From Acidobacteriota bacterium (GTDB taxonomy: Bacteria > Actinomycetota > Thermoleophilia > Solirubrobacterales > 70-9): DNA of 34,186 bases. The translations under genes were made by a program, and so were the position numbers. The notes beneath the pieces are model-generated. The model was not told the DNA's origin, did not search any database, and was given only the letters and a program-made list of their open reading frames with translations. The stretch lies in the NCBI GenBank assembly GCA_041821645.1, contig JBGUDX010000001.1, positions 1 to 34,186 of the forward strand, read 5' to 3'. Each line of letters begins with the position of its first letter. Positions within the stretch are counted from its first letter, which is position 1. This document shows, piece after piece, positions 7,821 to 16,218 of the stretch.

Positions 7821-10273
7821 GCCTGCGGGCGTTTTTTGGCTCGGCCGCCGCGGCGATCGCCCGGCACCCGTGGCCGGTACTCACGGTTGGGGCCGTGCTC
7901 GCGATCGCGGCGATCATCGGCGCGGCCGGGATGGGGGTGCAGCCGGTAACCGAGGCCTTCTTCGACCGTGACTCCGAGGCCTATCGGGCAACCGAGCGGG
8001 CCGACCGGGTGTTCGGCGGTGATCCGGTCGTCATCCTGGCCGAAGGGGATCTGGCCGAAACCCTCACGCCCGAGAACCTGGACCGCCTGGCCGTGCTGGA
8101 GACCTGCGTGTCGGGTGACATCAAGCAGGGCCGGGGCGAGCTGTTCAAGGTCTGCGAGAAGATCGCCGAGCTCGATCCGGTAGCGGTCAGCGCCGGTCCC
8201 GCGAACTTTCTGGGCCGGGCCGTGGCCGGGATCAACCGGGTCTACCAGCAGCAGCTGAAGCGGCTGAACTCGCTGCCGTCCGGGGCTGAACAGTCGGTCG
8301 AGCGTCAGCGCCTGCTCCAGGTGATCGCCGGGGTCGCCGCCCGCTACGGGCTCACCTCGCCGCCCAGCCTCGAGGACCCGAACTTCGTGCGAAAGGTCGT
8401 GTTCGGCTCGGGCAGGAACCCCAAACCGAAGCTTTCCTACCTCTTCCCCAATTCCGGGTCGGCCCAGATCGTACTTCGGCTTCGCAGCGACCTGACCGAT
8501 GCCGAGCGTTCGGAGGCGATCGGATTGATCCGGCAGGCCACCGAGGACCCCTCGACCCGGCTGAACGGGGTGAACTACGTGGTTTCGGGATCGCCGGTCG
8601 TCTTCGACGGCCTCTCCGGCGCGCTCCAGGCCGGCATCCTCGTTCTGGCCGTGGTCGCCCTTGTGCTCATGTCAATCGCCCTGGCCACGGTGTTCGGGTC
8701 AACCTGGAGACTGCTGCCGCTGGCCCTGGCCCTGGCCGGCGTCGTGATCAGTGCCGGCCTGCTTCGGCTGGCCGGCGGCTCGATCTCGCTGGCCGCACTG
8801 GGTGCGGCCCCGATCCTGATCGGGTTGACGGTCGACTACGCGGTCCAGATCCAGGCCCGTTTCGACGAAGCCGATCCGGCCCCGGGGCCGGCCGAGGCTG
8901 CCCGCATCACCGCCTCGGCGGGCCTGCCGATGATCGCCACGGCCTGTCTGGCCACGGCTTCCGGATTCACCGCACTGCTGCTCTCACCGTTTCCCCTGAT
9001 TTCGGAATTCGGGCTGCTGCTCGGGGCCGGCGTGCTGGTCTGCCTGGCGACCGTTTCGATCATGGGCTTCGCCGCCCTGTCGTTGCGCGGGGCCGGTCTT
9101 GCCGCGGCCGCTCCGGTCAGCCGCCTCGCCCTGTTCCAGTGGGTGCGGAAAGCGGCCAAATCGATGCTCGGGCTGACCATTCTCGCGCCGGGGCGATTGC
9201 TGCTGGTTTCCATTTTGATCGCCGCCTGCGGCTGGGCGGCGAGCACCCAGACGGAAACCGGAACAGAGATCAGCCAGCTGCTGCCTTCGCGGTCCGGTGT
9301 GGTCGAGGATCTGCTCGAGGTGGAGAAGATCACCGGAGCGTCCGGTGAGGTCGATCTGATCGTGACGGCACCCGACGTGACCGACCCGGAAGTCGTCGCC
9401 TGGATGGACCGGGTTCGCCGGAACGCACTCGCCCGGGCCGGATATGACGAGTCCGATCCGGATTGCGTGGGGGCCGATCTCTGTCCGGGCCCGGCGATCA
9501 GCGATTTCGTGGCCGATGGCGGGGCCGGGTTGTCCGCGGCCGCGATCCGGGGCACCCTGAGGGGCCTGCCGTTGCGGGAGCGCGAGGCCATCGTCGGCGG
9601 GGGCCTGGCCGGAAACGGGCCGCCGACCGTGACCAAGATCCCCTTTTCGATCCGGACCGGATCGGTCGATCGCCAGAAGGAGGTGATCGAAGGGATCGGC
9701 GCGGCGCTGGATTCGGGGGCGGACGCCCCGGAGGGCGTCTCGGCTGAGCTCACCGGTCTACCGGTTGTCGTCACCTCGTCGGTGGACGAACTCGCCTCGT
9801 CCCGCTACCTGCTGATCCTTGCCGCCCTCACGGCGGTCGGGCTGGTCCTGTTGCTGGTCTACCGTTCACCCCGCAGAGTGCTGGTGCCGCTCGTCCCGAT
9901 TCTGGTAGCCGGTGGCTGGTCGGCACTGATTGCCGCAGTGCTGGACTTGTCGCTGAACCCGCTTTCGGCCATCCTGGCAGTTCTGGTGACCGCGATCGCG
10001 ACCGAGTTCAGCGTGATTCTTGCCGGCCGCTTCTTCCAGGAACGGGAGCGCGGGTCGGGGACGGCCGCGGCCCTCAGGCTGACTTACGGCAGGACCGGAA
10101 TGGCGATCGCGGCCTCGGGTGTCACCGCCATAGCCGGGTTTGCCGCGCTGATGGCCAGTGACATCGGGATGCTTCGCGACTTCGGCTTGATCGCGGTGGT
10201 CGACCTCGCTGTCGCCCTGCTCGGGGTCGCGGTGGTGCTGCCGGCGGTGCTCTCGTGGCAGGAGGGGCGATGA
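7817..10273 (+). CDS. MMPL / RND-superfamily membrane transporter (HpnN/MmpL-like, 12-TM, two periplasmic domains)
   Basis: 818-aa ORF with a 1+5 / 1+5 TM layout and two soluble loops of about 200 aa. It carries the 'GLTVDYAVQ' motif in the first TM bundle. The start overlaps the ATPase stop (TTGA). Confidence 0.85.
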   Translation: MSLRAFFGSAAAAIARHPWPVLTVGAVLAIAAIIGAAGMGVQPVTEAFFDRDSEAYRATERADRVFGGDPVVILAEGDLAETLTPENLDRLAVLETCVSGDIKQGRGELFKVCEKIAELDPVAVSAGPANFLGRAVAGINRVYQQQLKRLNSLPSGAEQSVERQRLLQVIAGVAARYGLTSPPSLEDPNFVRKVVFGSGRNPKPKLSYLFPNSGSAQIVLRLRSDLTDAERSEAIGLIRQATEDPSTRLNGVNYVVSGSPVVFDGLSGALQAGILVLAVVALVLMSIALATVFGSTWRLLPLALALAGVVISAGLLRLAGGSISLAALGAAPILIGLTVDYAVQIQARFDEADPAPGPAEAARITASAGLPMIATACLATASGFTALLLSPFPLISEFGLLLGAGVLVCLATVSIMGFAALSLRGAGLAAAAPVSRLALFQWVRKAAKSMLGLTILAPGRLLLVSILIAACGWAASTQTETGTEISQLLPSRSGVVEDLLEVEKITGASGEVDLIVTAPDVTDPEVVAWMDRVRRNALARAGYDESDPDCVGADLCPGPAISDFVADGGAGLSAAAIRGTLRGLPLREREAIVGGGLAGNGPPTVTKIPFSIRTGSVDRQKEVIEGIGAALDSGADAPEGVSAELTGLPVVVTSSVDELASSRYLLILAALTAVGLVLLLVYRSPRRVLVPLVPILVAGGWSALIAAVLDLSLNPLSAILAVLVTAIATEFSVILAGRFFQERERGSGTAAALRLTYGRTGMAIAASGVTAIAGFAALMASDIGMLRDFGLIAVVDLAVALLGVAVVLPAVLSWQEGR

Positions 10274-11016
10274 GCCGGTCGGGACGGGGAACCCGCGGGC
10301 GGGAGGGGCGCGATGACGGGCCGGAGCCCGGATCGCAGCCAGTGCCCGGATCGCAGCCCCCGGTTGAGCCGCCGACAGAGAGTTTCCGCTCGGGCAGGGG
10401 CGCCCTGATCGGAGTCATCCTGGCGGTCGTGCTTGCCGTCGTCGCGATCTTCGCGCTGGTCAACCTCTTTCGCAACACGGAATCGGGAACGGTCGGCATC
10501 GGTTCGGTCGGCCTGGGGGAGAAGGTCGCACCGTTCGCGGTTCCGCTCGCAACCTCGGATCTCGATGGTGACGCCAATATCGACCCCGAGCGGGCCTGCT
10601 CGGTTGCCGGCGACGATGTGTTGCGTATCTGCGACTACTTCGGCCGGCCTCTGGTGATCTCGTTCTGGTTCACCAAAGGAGGAGAGGGCTGTATCGATGA
10701 CCAGGACACCTTCGACGAAGTCATGGCCCGTTTCCGGGGGCGGGTGAACGCGGTCTCGATAAGCGTTCGCGACGACCGCGACCGGCTGAAGGAATTGATC
10801 GATCAGCAGGGCTGGAAGGTACCGGTCGGCTTCGACCGCGATGGTGCGGTCTCGAACATCTACCGGGTCGGGGGCTGCCCGACGTTCCTGTTCGTCTCCC
10901 CTGGCGGGATTCTCGAGCGGGCCGAGATCGGCGACAGCTCGGACGCGGAGCTGAGCGCACAGGTACGCTCACTGCTCGATGGCAAGATCCCGAAAGAAGA
11001 AGACCCGCCGGACTGA
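10270..11016 (+). CDS. membrane-anchored thioredoxin-fold (TlpA/redoxin-like) protein with a non-canonical active site
   Basis: The ATG at 10270 makes an ATGA overlap with the MMPL stop, with GGAGG 4 nt upstream. A TM anchor 'LIGVILAVVLAVVAIFALV' is present. Redoxin pattern '..RPLVISFWFTKGGEGC..' and cis-Pro region 'YRVGGCPTFLFVSPGG'. Confidence 0.7.
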   Translation: MSRSGRGTRGREGRDDGPEPGSQPVPGSQPPVEPPTESFRSGRGALIGVILAVVLAVVAIFALVNLFRNTESGTVGIGSVGLGEKVAPFAVPLATSDLDGDANIDPERACSVAGDDVLRICDYFGRPLVISFWFTKGGEGCIDDQDTFDEVMARFRGRVNAVSISVRDDRDRLKELIDQQGWKVPVGFDRDGAVSNIYRVGGCPTFLFVSPGGILERAEIGDSSDAELSAQVRSLLDGKIPKEEDPPD

Positions 11017-11455
11017 GCCGGCCCGGCCGGCCCCGGCCGACGATGGTGGTGACGAATCCACTGCCTCCGGGCGCCGGGCGTCACGGCCGGACGAAAGGCC
11101 GCCCGCGCCGTGGGGGTCTTTCCCGCTGATGGAGCTGGCCGTCCTGGCCGGGCTGGTCCTGATTCTGCTGGGGGCGATCACCAACAACCCGGCCCAGCTC
11201 GGGATCGGGCTCGTTCTGGGGTCGATCGGCGGCCTCGAACTGGCTACCCGCGAGCACTTCGCCGGCTATCGCTCCCACACGACGCTGCTCGCCGGGGTGG
11301 CCTTCGTGATCTCCACGGCGGCCGGCTTTTTTCTGCTGGGGCTTCCCTTCTGGGTGAGCCTGGCGATCGGAGTCGCGATGGCCGTGCTGGCCTTCTGGTG
11401 GATTCGCCGGGCTTTCATCAGGGCCTCCGGCGGGCTCAGCTATCGCTTGCGCTGA
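10979..11455 (+). CDS. small integral membrane protein (hypothetical), basic N-terminus
   Basis: 158-aa ORF with 3-4 predicted TM segments and a GC3-rich frame. It overlaps the upstream gene by 38 nt. An alternative ATG at 11129 would give the 108-aa membrane core only. Confidence 0.5.
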   Translation: MARSRKKKTRRTEPARPAPADDGGDESTASGRRASRPDERPPAPWGSFPLMELAVLAGLVLILLGAITNNPAQLGIGLVLGSIGGLELATREHFAGYRSHTTLLAGVAFVISTAAGFFLLGLPFWVSLAIGVAMAVLAFWWIRRAFIRASGGLSYRLR

Positions 11456-11475
11456 ACCCGTCCGGGGACCTCTTG

Positions 11476-11501
11476 CTCCGTGCCGCTCAGTGCGGACGGA
11501 G
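11476..11501. terminator. GC-rich hairpin between convergent genes (candidate bidirectional terminator, no U-tract)
   Basis: CTCCGT(G)CCGC-TCAGT-GCGGACGGAG: a 10-bp stem with one bulge. The loop contains the mihF stop codon. Confidence 0.3.
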
Positions 11502-11825
11502 CCGGCTGACCAGGAGCGCTCGCTGTCGCTCGGTCAAAGTATCCAGTCGCTTGTTCTCGTTGAGGCTGACCGAAGAGAGCAGCTTGCGGGTCCGGGTGCG
11601 GCCCCACCGGGACTGACTGCGGAGCAGCTCCGACAGAGTCATGCTCTCGGCCTGCCAGGGACATTCGGCGATCACGTCGGTCACCCCGGTGTCGCCACTC
11701 GCCACAGATCGTTTCAGCGCGGCCCGCGCGAGTCGAATCCGGTTGGCCCGCTCCAGCGCCCTCAGGTGCTGCGGGACGGCAGGGCTGGAATTCGGCGCTG
11801 GGACTGCGGTGGCGGTTGCTTCCAT
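11487..11825 (-). CDS. mihF: actinobacterial integration host factor (mIHF-like nucleoid-associated protein)
   Basis: It aligns by eye with mycobacterial mIHF: 'LRALERANRIRLARAALKR', 'MTLSELLRS', 'RLDTLTERQRALLVSRL'. I place the start at the ATG at 11825 (M46 of the ORF), preceded by a GGAGGAAGG RBS. Confidence 0.75.
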   Translation of the reverse strand: MEATATAVPAPNSSPAVPQHLRALERANRIRLARAALKRSVASGDTGVTDVIAECPWQAESMTLSELLRSQSRWGRTRTRKLLSSVSLNENKRLDTLTERQRALLVSRLRPH

Positions 11826-11958
11826 GGGCGAGCCTTCCTCCGGGGAGTCGTTATGAACGTGACTGGAATTAGCGAATAGGGGACCACCTGGAGCCGGGAA
11901 CTCCACGCTTGACTGGCCTCCCCCGGAACCTTGAACCAACTGCCCGGGCGCTGAAAAC

Positions 11959-11988
11959 AACCTACGCGCTTCCCGCTTCTCGCGTCAA
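11959..11988 (-). promoter_or_regulatory. candidate sigma-A-type promoter for mihF (TTGACG-N18-TAGGTT on the minus strand)
   Basis: Read from the reverse complement: -35 at 11983-11988 and -10 (TANNNT) at 11959-11964. This implies a leader of roughly 125 nt. Confidence 0.25.
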
Positions 11989-12115
11989 CGCCGGAGTACC
12001 CAAAAACTCGCTAAGAGCAGCAAACTTTTTTCACAACCCCGGCTGGGGCCCGGCCGCTTCCGGGGGTCGTCCGGGCAGGTCGTCCGGGAGCGTCAGCAGA
12101 TGGTCTGAGGGTTGG

Positions 12116-13369
12116 TCAGCCGGTCAGCCCGTCGAACTCCGAAACCACTTCGCCGGTGATTTCGAGGGCCCGGTCGAGGTGCTCCTTCTCATGGGTCGCC
12201 ATGAGGCTGGTCCTCAGCAGGGCCCCGCTGGGTGGCACCGCCGGGTGGATCGCGACGTTTGTATAGACCCCGGCGTCAAACAGTGCCTTCCAGAGGAGGA
12301 CCGCCTGCCAGTCGTCTCCGACCACCACCGGTACCACCGGGGTGGTGGCGGTTGTACCGTCAGGCATCAGGCCCGGTTCGATCACTTTCAGGCCGAGGTC
12401 CTTGAAGCCCTCGCGCAGGTAATCGGCGTTGCCGAGCAGCTTCGAGTAGAGCGCCGGGCCCTCGGTCCGGCAGATCCTGACCGCCTCCAGGGCCGCGCCG
12501 ACCGCGGCCGGCACGCCGGAGGCGCTGAAGATGAACGAGCGCGAGCTGATTCTCAGGTAGTCGACGACCTCGGAGCTGCCGGCGATGAAGCCACCACAGG
12601 AGGCGAGGCTCTTGGAAAAGGTCCCCATCCGCAGGTCGACCTGATCCTCGACCCCGTAGAGCTCGGCTGCCCCGGCGCCCCGCTGCCCCAGTACGCCCAC
12701 GCCGTGGGCCTCGTCGACCATTATCCGGGCCCCGTAGTGTCTGGCCAGCTCGACCACTCTCGGCAGATCGCACAGGTCACCCTCCATCGAGTAGACGCCG
12801 TCGACCACGACCAGGACGCCTCCGCCGTCGCCGGCGGCGCGCTGAAGCATCTTTTCGAGCTTGTCGGTCTGGTTGTGCCGGAACGGGCGCAGCTTGGCCC
12901 CCGACAGCTTGCAGCCGTCGAGGATCGAGGCATGGTCGCCGGAGTCGGCGATCACGGTGTCGTCGGGACCGAGTATCGCCTGGAGGCAGCCGAGGTTCGA
13001 CTGGTATCCGGTCGAGAATACGATCGCGTCCTCGGTCTCCATCCACTCGGCCAATTCACGCTCCAGATCGAGATGGAGCGGGGTGGTTCCGTTCAGCAGC
13101 CGTGACCCCGTCACCCCGGTGCCGAATTCGTCCAGAGCGTCACGGGCGGCCTGCTTCACGCGGTCGTCACCGGTCAGGCCCAGGTAGTTGTTCGAGCCGA
13201 GCATGATCGTCTCCCGGCCTTCCATTTCGACCACCGGCCCGGCCTGAGAGGTGAGCAGTCGGAAATAGGGGTTCAGGTCGGCGGCGTTGGCTGCTTCGAG
13301 CTGTTCGCGGCGGTCGTGGGTCCGGACCTTTTCAAACAGGTCGATCGGACCGGTGGAAGTCTCGCTCAT
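12116..13369 (-). CDS. PLP-dependent alpha-oxoamine synthase, serine palmitoyltransferase-like
   Basis: 'GTFSKSLASCGGF' (PLP lysine), 'IVFSTGYQSNLG', 'RPFRHNQTDKLEKML', 'DGVYSMEGD', 'VDEAHGVGVLG', 'FIFSAS'. These track the Sphingomonas Spt sequence closely. Start taken at the ATG at 13369 (M31 of the ORF). Confidence 0.9.
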   Translation of the reverse strand: MSETSTGPIDLFEKVRTHDRREQLEAANAADLNPYFRLLTSQAGPVVEMEGRETIMLGSNNYLGLTGDDRVKQAARDALDEFGTGVTGSRLLNGTTPLHLDLERELAEWMETEDAIVFSTGYQSNLGCLQAILGPDDTVIADSGDHASILDGCKLSGAKLRPFRHNQTDKLEKMLQRAAGDGGGVLVVVDGVYSMEGDLCDLPRVVELARHYGARIMVDEAHGVGVLGQRGAGAAELYGVEDQVDLRMGTFSKSLASCGGFIAGSSEVVDYLRISSRSFIFSASGVPAAVGAALEAVRICRTEGPALYSKLLGNADYLREGFKDLGLKVIEPGLMPDGTTATTPVVPVVVGDDWQAVLLWKALFDAGVYTNVAIHPAVPPSGALLRTSLMATHEKEHLDRALEITGEVVSEFDGLTG

Positions 13370-13544
13370 GGGTTCAGTCTGACAAATCAGGCCGGATGGG
13401 ACGGTTTCACGAACCTCACCGGGATCGGCCGGCCGGGCCGCTCCGGTATCCGCCCGCACGTCTCCTCGCCGCTTTCGGCCGGGACCGGCTTGCTATACAT
13501 GGCTGCGTCTTTGCTTCATGTAACTGAGAAATCCGGGCCGGAGG

Positions 13545-14558
13545 GTGATGCCGGGCATCGCTGACAACGGCATCGAGGTCGAGGGCCTGGTCCGCCAGTT
13601 CAAGAACGGCCCCCGGGCGGTCGACGGGATCTCGCTGCAGGTGAAGCCGGGCGAGATCTACGGCTTCCTCGGTCCCAACGGTGCCGGCAAGTCAACAACC
13701 GTTCACATGCTGACCACGCTGCTGCCACCGACCGACGGGGTGGCCCGGGTCGCCGGATTCGACGTCGCTAAAGAAGGACCGCAGGTCCGGAAGGTCATCG
13801 GAGCCGCCCTGCAGGAGGCGGCGCTCGATCCCCACCTGACCGCCGACGAGCACATGCGGCTTCAGACAGCCCTGAACGGGCTCGACCGTGAGGATCGCCG
13901 GGAACGGGGAGCCGAGTTGATCGAACGGGTCGGGCTGAGCGATGCGGCCGACCGGAAGGTCGGTGACTACTCGGGCGGGATGAAGCGCCGGCTGGACCTG
14001 GCTCTCGCCCTGGTGAACAGGCCGCGGGTGCTCTTTCTCGACGAACCGACGACCGGGCTCGATCCGCAGAGCCGGTCCGCGCTCTGGGAGGAGGTGACCC
14101 GGCTCTCCAGGGAGGACGGGGTGACCGTTTTCCTGACTACCCAGTACCTCGAGGAGGCCGATCAGCTTGCGGAACGGGTCGGGATCATCGACGCCGGTCG
14201 AATCGCGGCCGAAGGTACCCCGGCCGAGCTCAAGGCGGAGATCGGGCGGCCGAGCGTCGAGGTCGTCCCGAGGGATCCGGCGAGGGCCGAGCGGTCGGCC
14301 GCCATCCTGAAACGGTTCGGGCGGCCGGTTCCCGCTGCCGGCGAGGCGCTCGGCGTCCGCCTGAGCGAGGGCATCGACGAGCTGGTCGGAATCGTCAGGG
14401 CCTTCGATGAGGCCGAGATCGAACTGGCCAGCCTGGTCCTCAACGAGCCCACCCTGGATGACGTCTTCCTGGCCAAGACCGGTCACCATCTGGAGGGCTC
14501 GGAGGGCGGCGGCGACACCGGCGAGATCCCCCTGCCCGACCAGGCGACGGCAGGCTGA
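13545..14558 (+). CDS. ABC transporter ATP-binding protein (DrrA-like, ABC-2 exporter type)
   Basis: Walker A 'GPNGAGKST', signature 'YSGGMKRRLDLALAL', Walker B 'LFLDEPTTGLDP'. GGAGGG lies immediately upstream; the start is GTG 13545 or ATG 13548. Confidence 0.9.
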   Translation: MMPGIADNGIEVEGLVRQFKNGPRAVDGISLQVKPGEIYGFLGPNGAGKSTTVHMLTTLLPPTDGVARVAGFDVAKEGPQVRKVIGAALQEAALDPHLTADEHMRLQTALNGLDREDRRERGAELIERVGLSDAADRKVGDYSGGMKRRLDLALALVNRPRVLFLDEPTTGLDPQSRSALWEEVTRLSREDGVTVFLTTQYLEEADQLAERVGIIDAGRIAAEGTPAELKAEIGRPSVEVVPRDPARAERSAAILKRFGRPVPAAGEALGVRLSEGIDELVGIVRAFDEAEIELASLVLNEPTLDDVFLAKTGHHLEGSEGGGDTGEIPLPDQATAG

Positions 14559-14574
14559 CCGCAACGATGGCCGG

Positions 14575-15354
14575 ATGAGCCAGTCGGTCCTTCCGATCCA
14601 GGCCGGTGCCATGGCCGGGCGCTCAGTGGTGCGGTTGCTCCGCCAGCCGGCGATGGTGATTCCCAGCCTGATCTTTCCGCTCTTCCTGCTGGCGGTCAAC
14701 GCCGGCGGACTTGACTCGGCCACCGAGCTACCCGGTTTCCCGACCGACTCCTACATCACCTTCGCCCTCGGGTTCACCTTCATCCAGGCGGCGATCTTCT
14801 CGACCATGAACGCCGGTCAATCCCTGGCCCAGGACATCGAGAACGGTTTCTTCAGCCGGCTGATGCTGACCCCGATGAGACCGTCGGCCCTGCTTGCCGG
14901 CCAGCTGGCGGGGCTGGTCCTGCTCGGGCAGTTTCAGACCCTGACCTATCTGGCGGTCGGCCTCGTCGCGGGTGCCCACATCAGCGCCGGGATCGGCGGC
15001 GTCCTGGTCCTCGCCCTGCTGGTTTCGATCATCTCGGTCGGGTTCGGCGGGATCGGTCTGGTGATGGCGATCCGGACCGGGTCGGGCGAGGCGGTCCAGG
15101 GCATGTTCCCGCTGATGTTCGTGCTGCTCTTCTTCAGCTCGATGGCCCTGCCGCGCGACCTGATCGCCCAGGACTGGTACCGGACCGTGGCCACGATCAA
15201 TCCGGTCAGCTACCTGATCGAAGCCATCCGTAGCCTGATGATCACCGGTTGGGACGGTGAAGCGCTCGCCCTCGGGTTCGGGGTGGCGATCGCCCTCGCG
15301 ATCGGCTCGATCTCGGCCGCTTCCCTTTCGCTGAAGGGAAGGATGCTGAAATGA
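14575..15354 (+). CDS. ABC-2 type transporter permease (DrrB-like), paralogue 1
   Basis: Six-TM-type hydrophobic protein. ATG at 14575 (M57 of the ORF), 17 nt after the ATPase stop. Confidence 0.8.
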   Translation: MSQSVLPIQAGAMAGRSVVRLLRQPAMVIPSLIFPLFLLAVNAGGLDSATELPGFPTDSYITFALGFTFIQAAIFSTMNAGQSLAQDIENGFFSRLMLTPMRPSALLAGQLAGLVLLGQFQTLTYLAVGLVAGAHISAGIGGVLVLALLVSIISVGFGGIGLVMAIRTGSGEAVQGMFPLMFVLLFFSSMALPRDLIAQDWYRTVATINPVSYLIEAIRSLMITGWDGEALALGFGVAIALAIGSISAASLSLKGRMLK

Positions 15355-16154
15355 GGAGAGGCCATCCGGGAAAGCGCGGCCCCCAGGCCGACAACTATCT
15401 GTCGGCAGCGCTCGGCGTCTGCTGGCGCTACCTGCACAACCTCTATACGAGGCCGGCCCAGTTCATCCCGTCGCTGCTGTTCCCACTCTTCTTCCTGGCC
15501 GCGTTCGCCGGCGGCCTTTCGGTGGTCGCAGACTCGCCCGGTTTCGGCTACTACGACTACACGGCTTTCCAGTTCTGCTTCGTACTGATCCAGGCTTCGG
15601 CACTGGCCGGGGTCTTCGCCGGGTTCTCGATCGCCTCGGACTTCGAACTCGGCATGGGACGCCGGATGATGCTGGCGACAGAGCATCGCAGCGCGATCGT
15701 GTTCGGCTACGCGATCGGTGCCGCCTCCCGGCTCGGTGTGACCTGGGTCGTGGTCACCGGAGTGGCTCTGCTCGCCGGAATGAGTGTCGGTGGCGGCGGG
15801 GTGGACCTGGCCGGCATGTACAGCCTCGCCCTGCTGGGCAACATCGCCGCGCTGCTTTTTTCGGCCGGAGTCGCACTTCGCTTCCGGACGCTCCAGGCCG
15901 GTCCGCTGATGCAGATGCCCGTCTTCATCCTGCTGTTCCTCGCACCGGTCTACGTTCCCCAGGCGCTGTTGACCGGCTGGATCGAACCGGTCGCCTCGGT
16001 CAACCCGGTGACCACGGTGCTGAACGCGGCCCGCAGTCTGGTGGCCGGGGAACCGTCCGGCGTACTGGCCGCCTACGCGGTCGCCTTCGGCCTGATCGCG
16101 GTCATGGCGGTCTGGGCGATCAGCGGCCTGAGGCGGGCCGAAGCCGCCGGTTGA
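15351..16154 (+). CDS. ABC-2 type transporter permease (DrrB-like), paralogue 2
   Basis: ATGA overlap with the preceding permease. Polytopic membrane protein with the same architecture. Confidence 0.8.
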   Translation: MRRGHPGKRGPQADNYLSAALGVCWRYLHNLYTRPAQFIPSLLFPLFFLAAFAGGLSVVADSPGFGYYDYTAFQFCFVLIQASALAGVFAGFSIASDFELGMGRRMMLATEHRSAIVFGYAIGAASRLGVTWVVVTGVALLAGMSVGGGGVDLAGMYSLALLGNIAALLFSAGVALRFRTLQAGPLMQMPVFILLFLAPVYVPQALLTGWIEPVASVNPVTTVLNAARSLVAGEPSGVLAAYAVAFGLIAVMAVWAISGLRRAEAAG

Positions 16155-16218
16155 TCGCGTGGCCGAATACGGATTCGGAGTTAGTCTGCCCGGAGAAACC
16201 GACGAACAGGAGGTCCAG

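Noticed and set aside
13692-14723. 343-aa minus-strand ORF.
   Set aside because: It is antisense to the DrrA-like ATPase, which has unambiguous Walker and signature motifs. It is low-complexity with no motifs.
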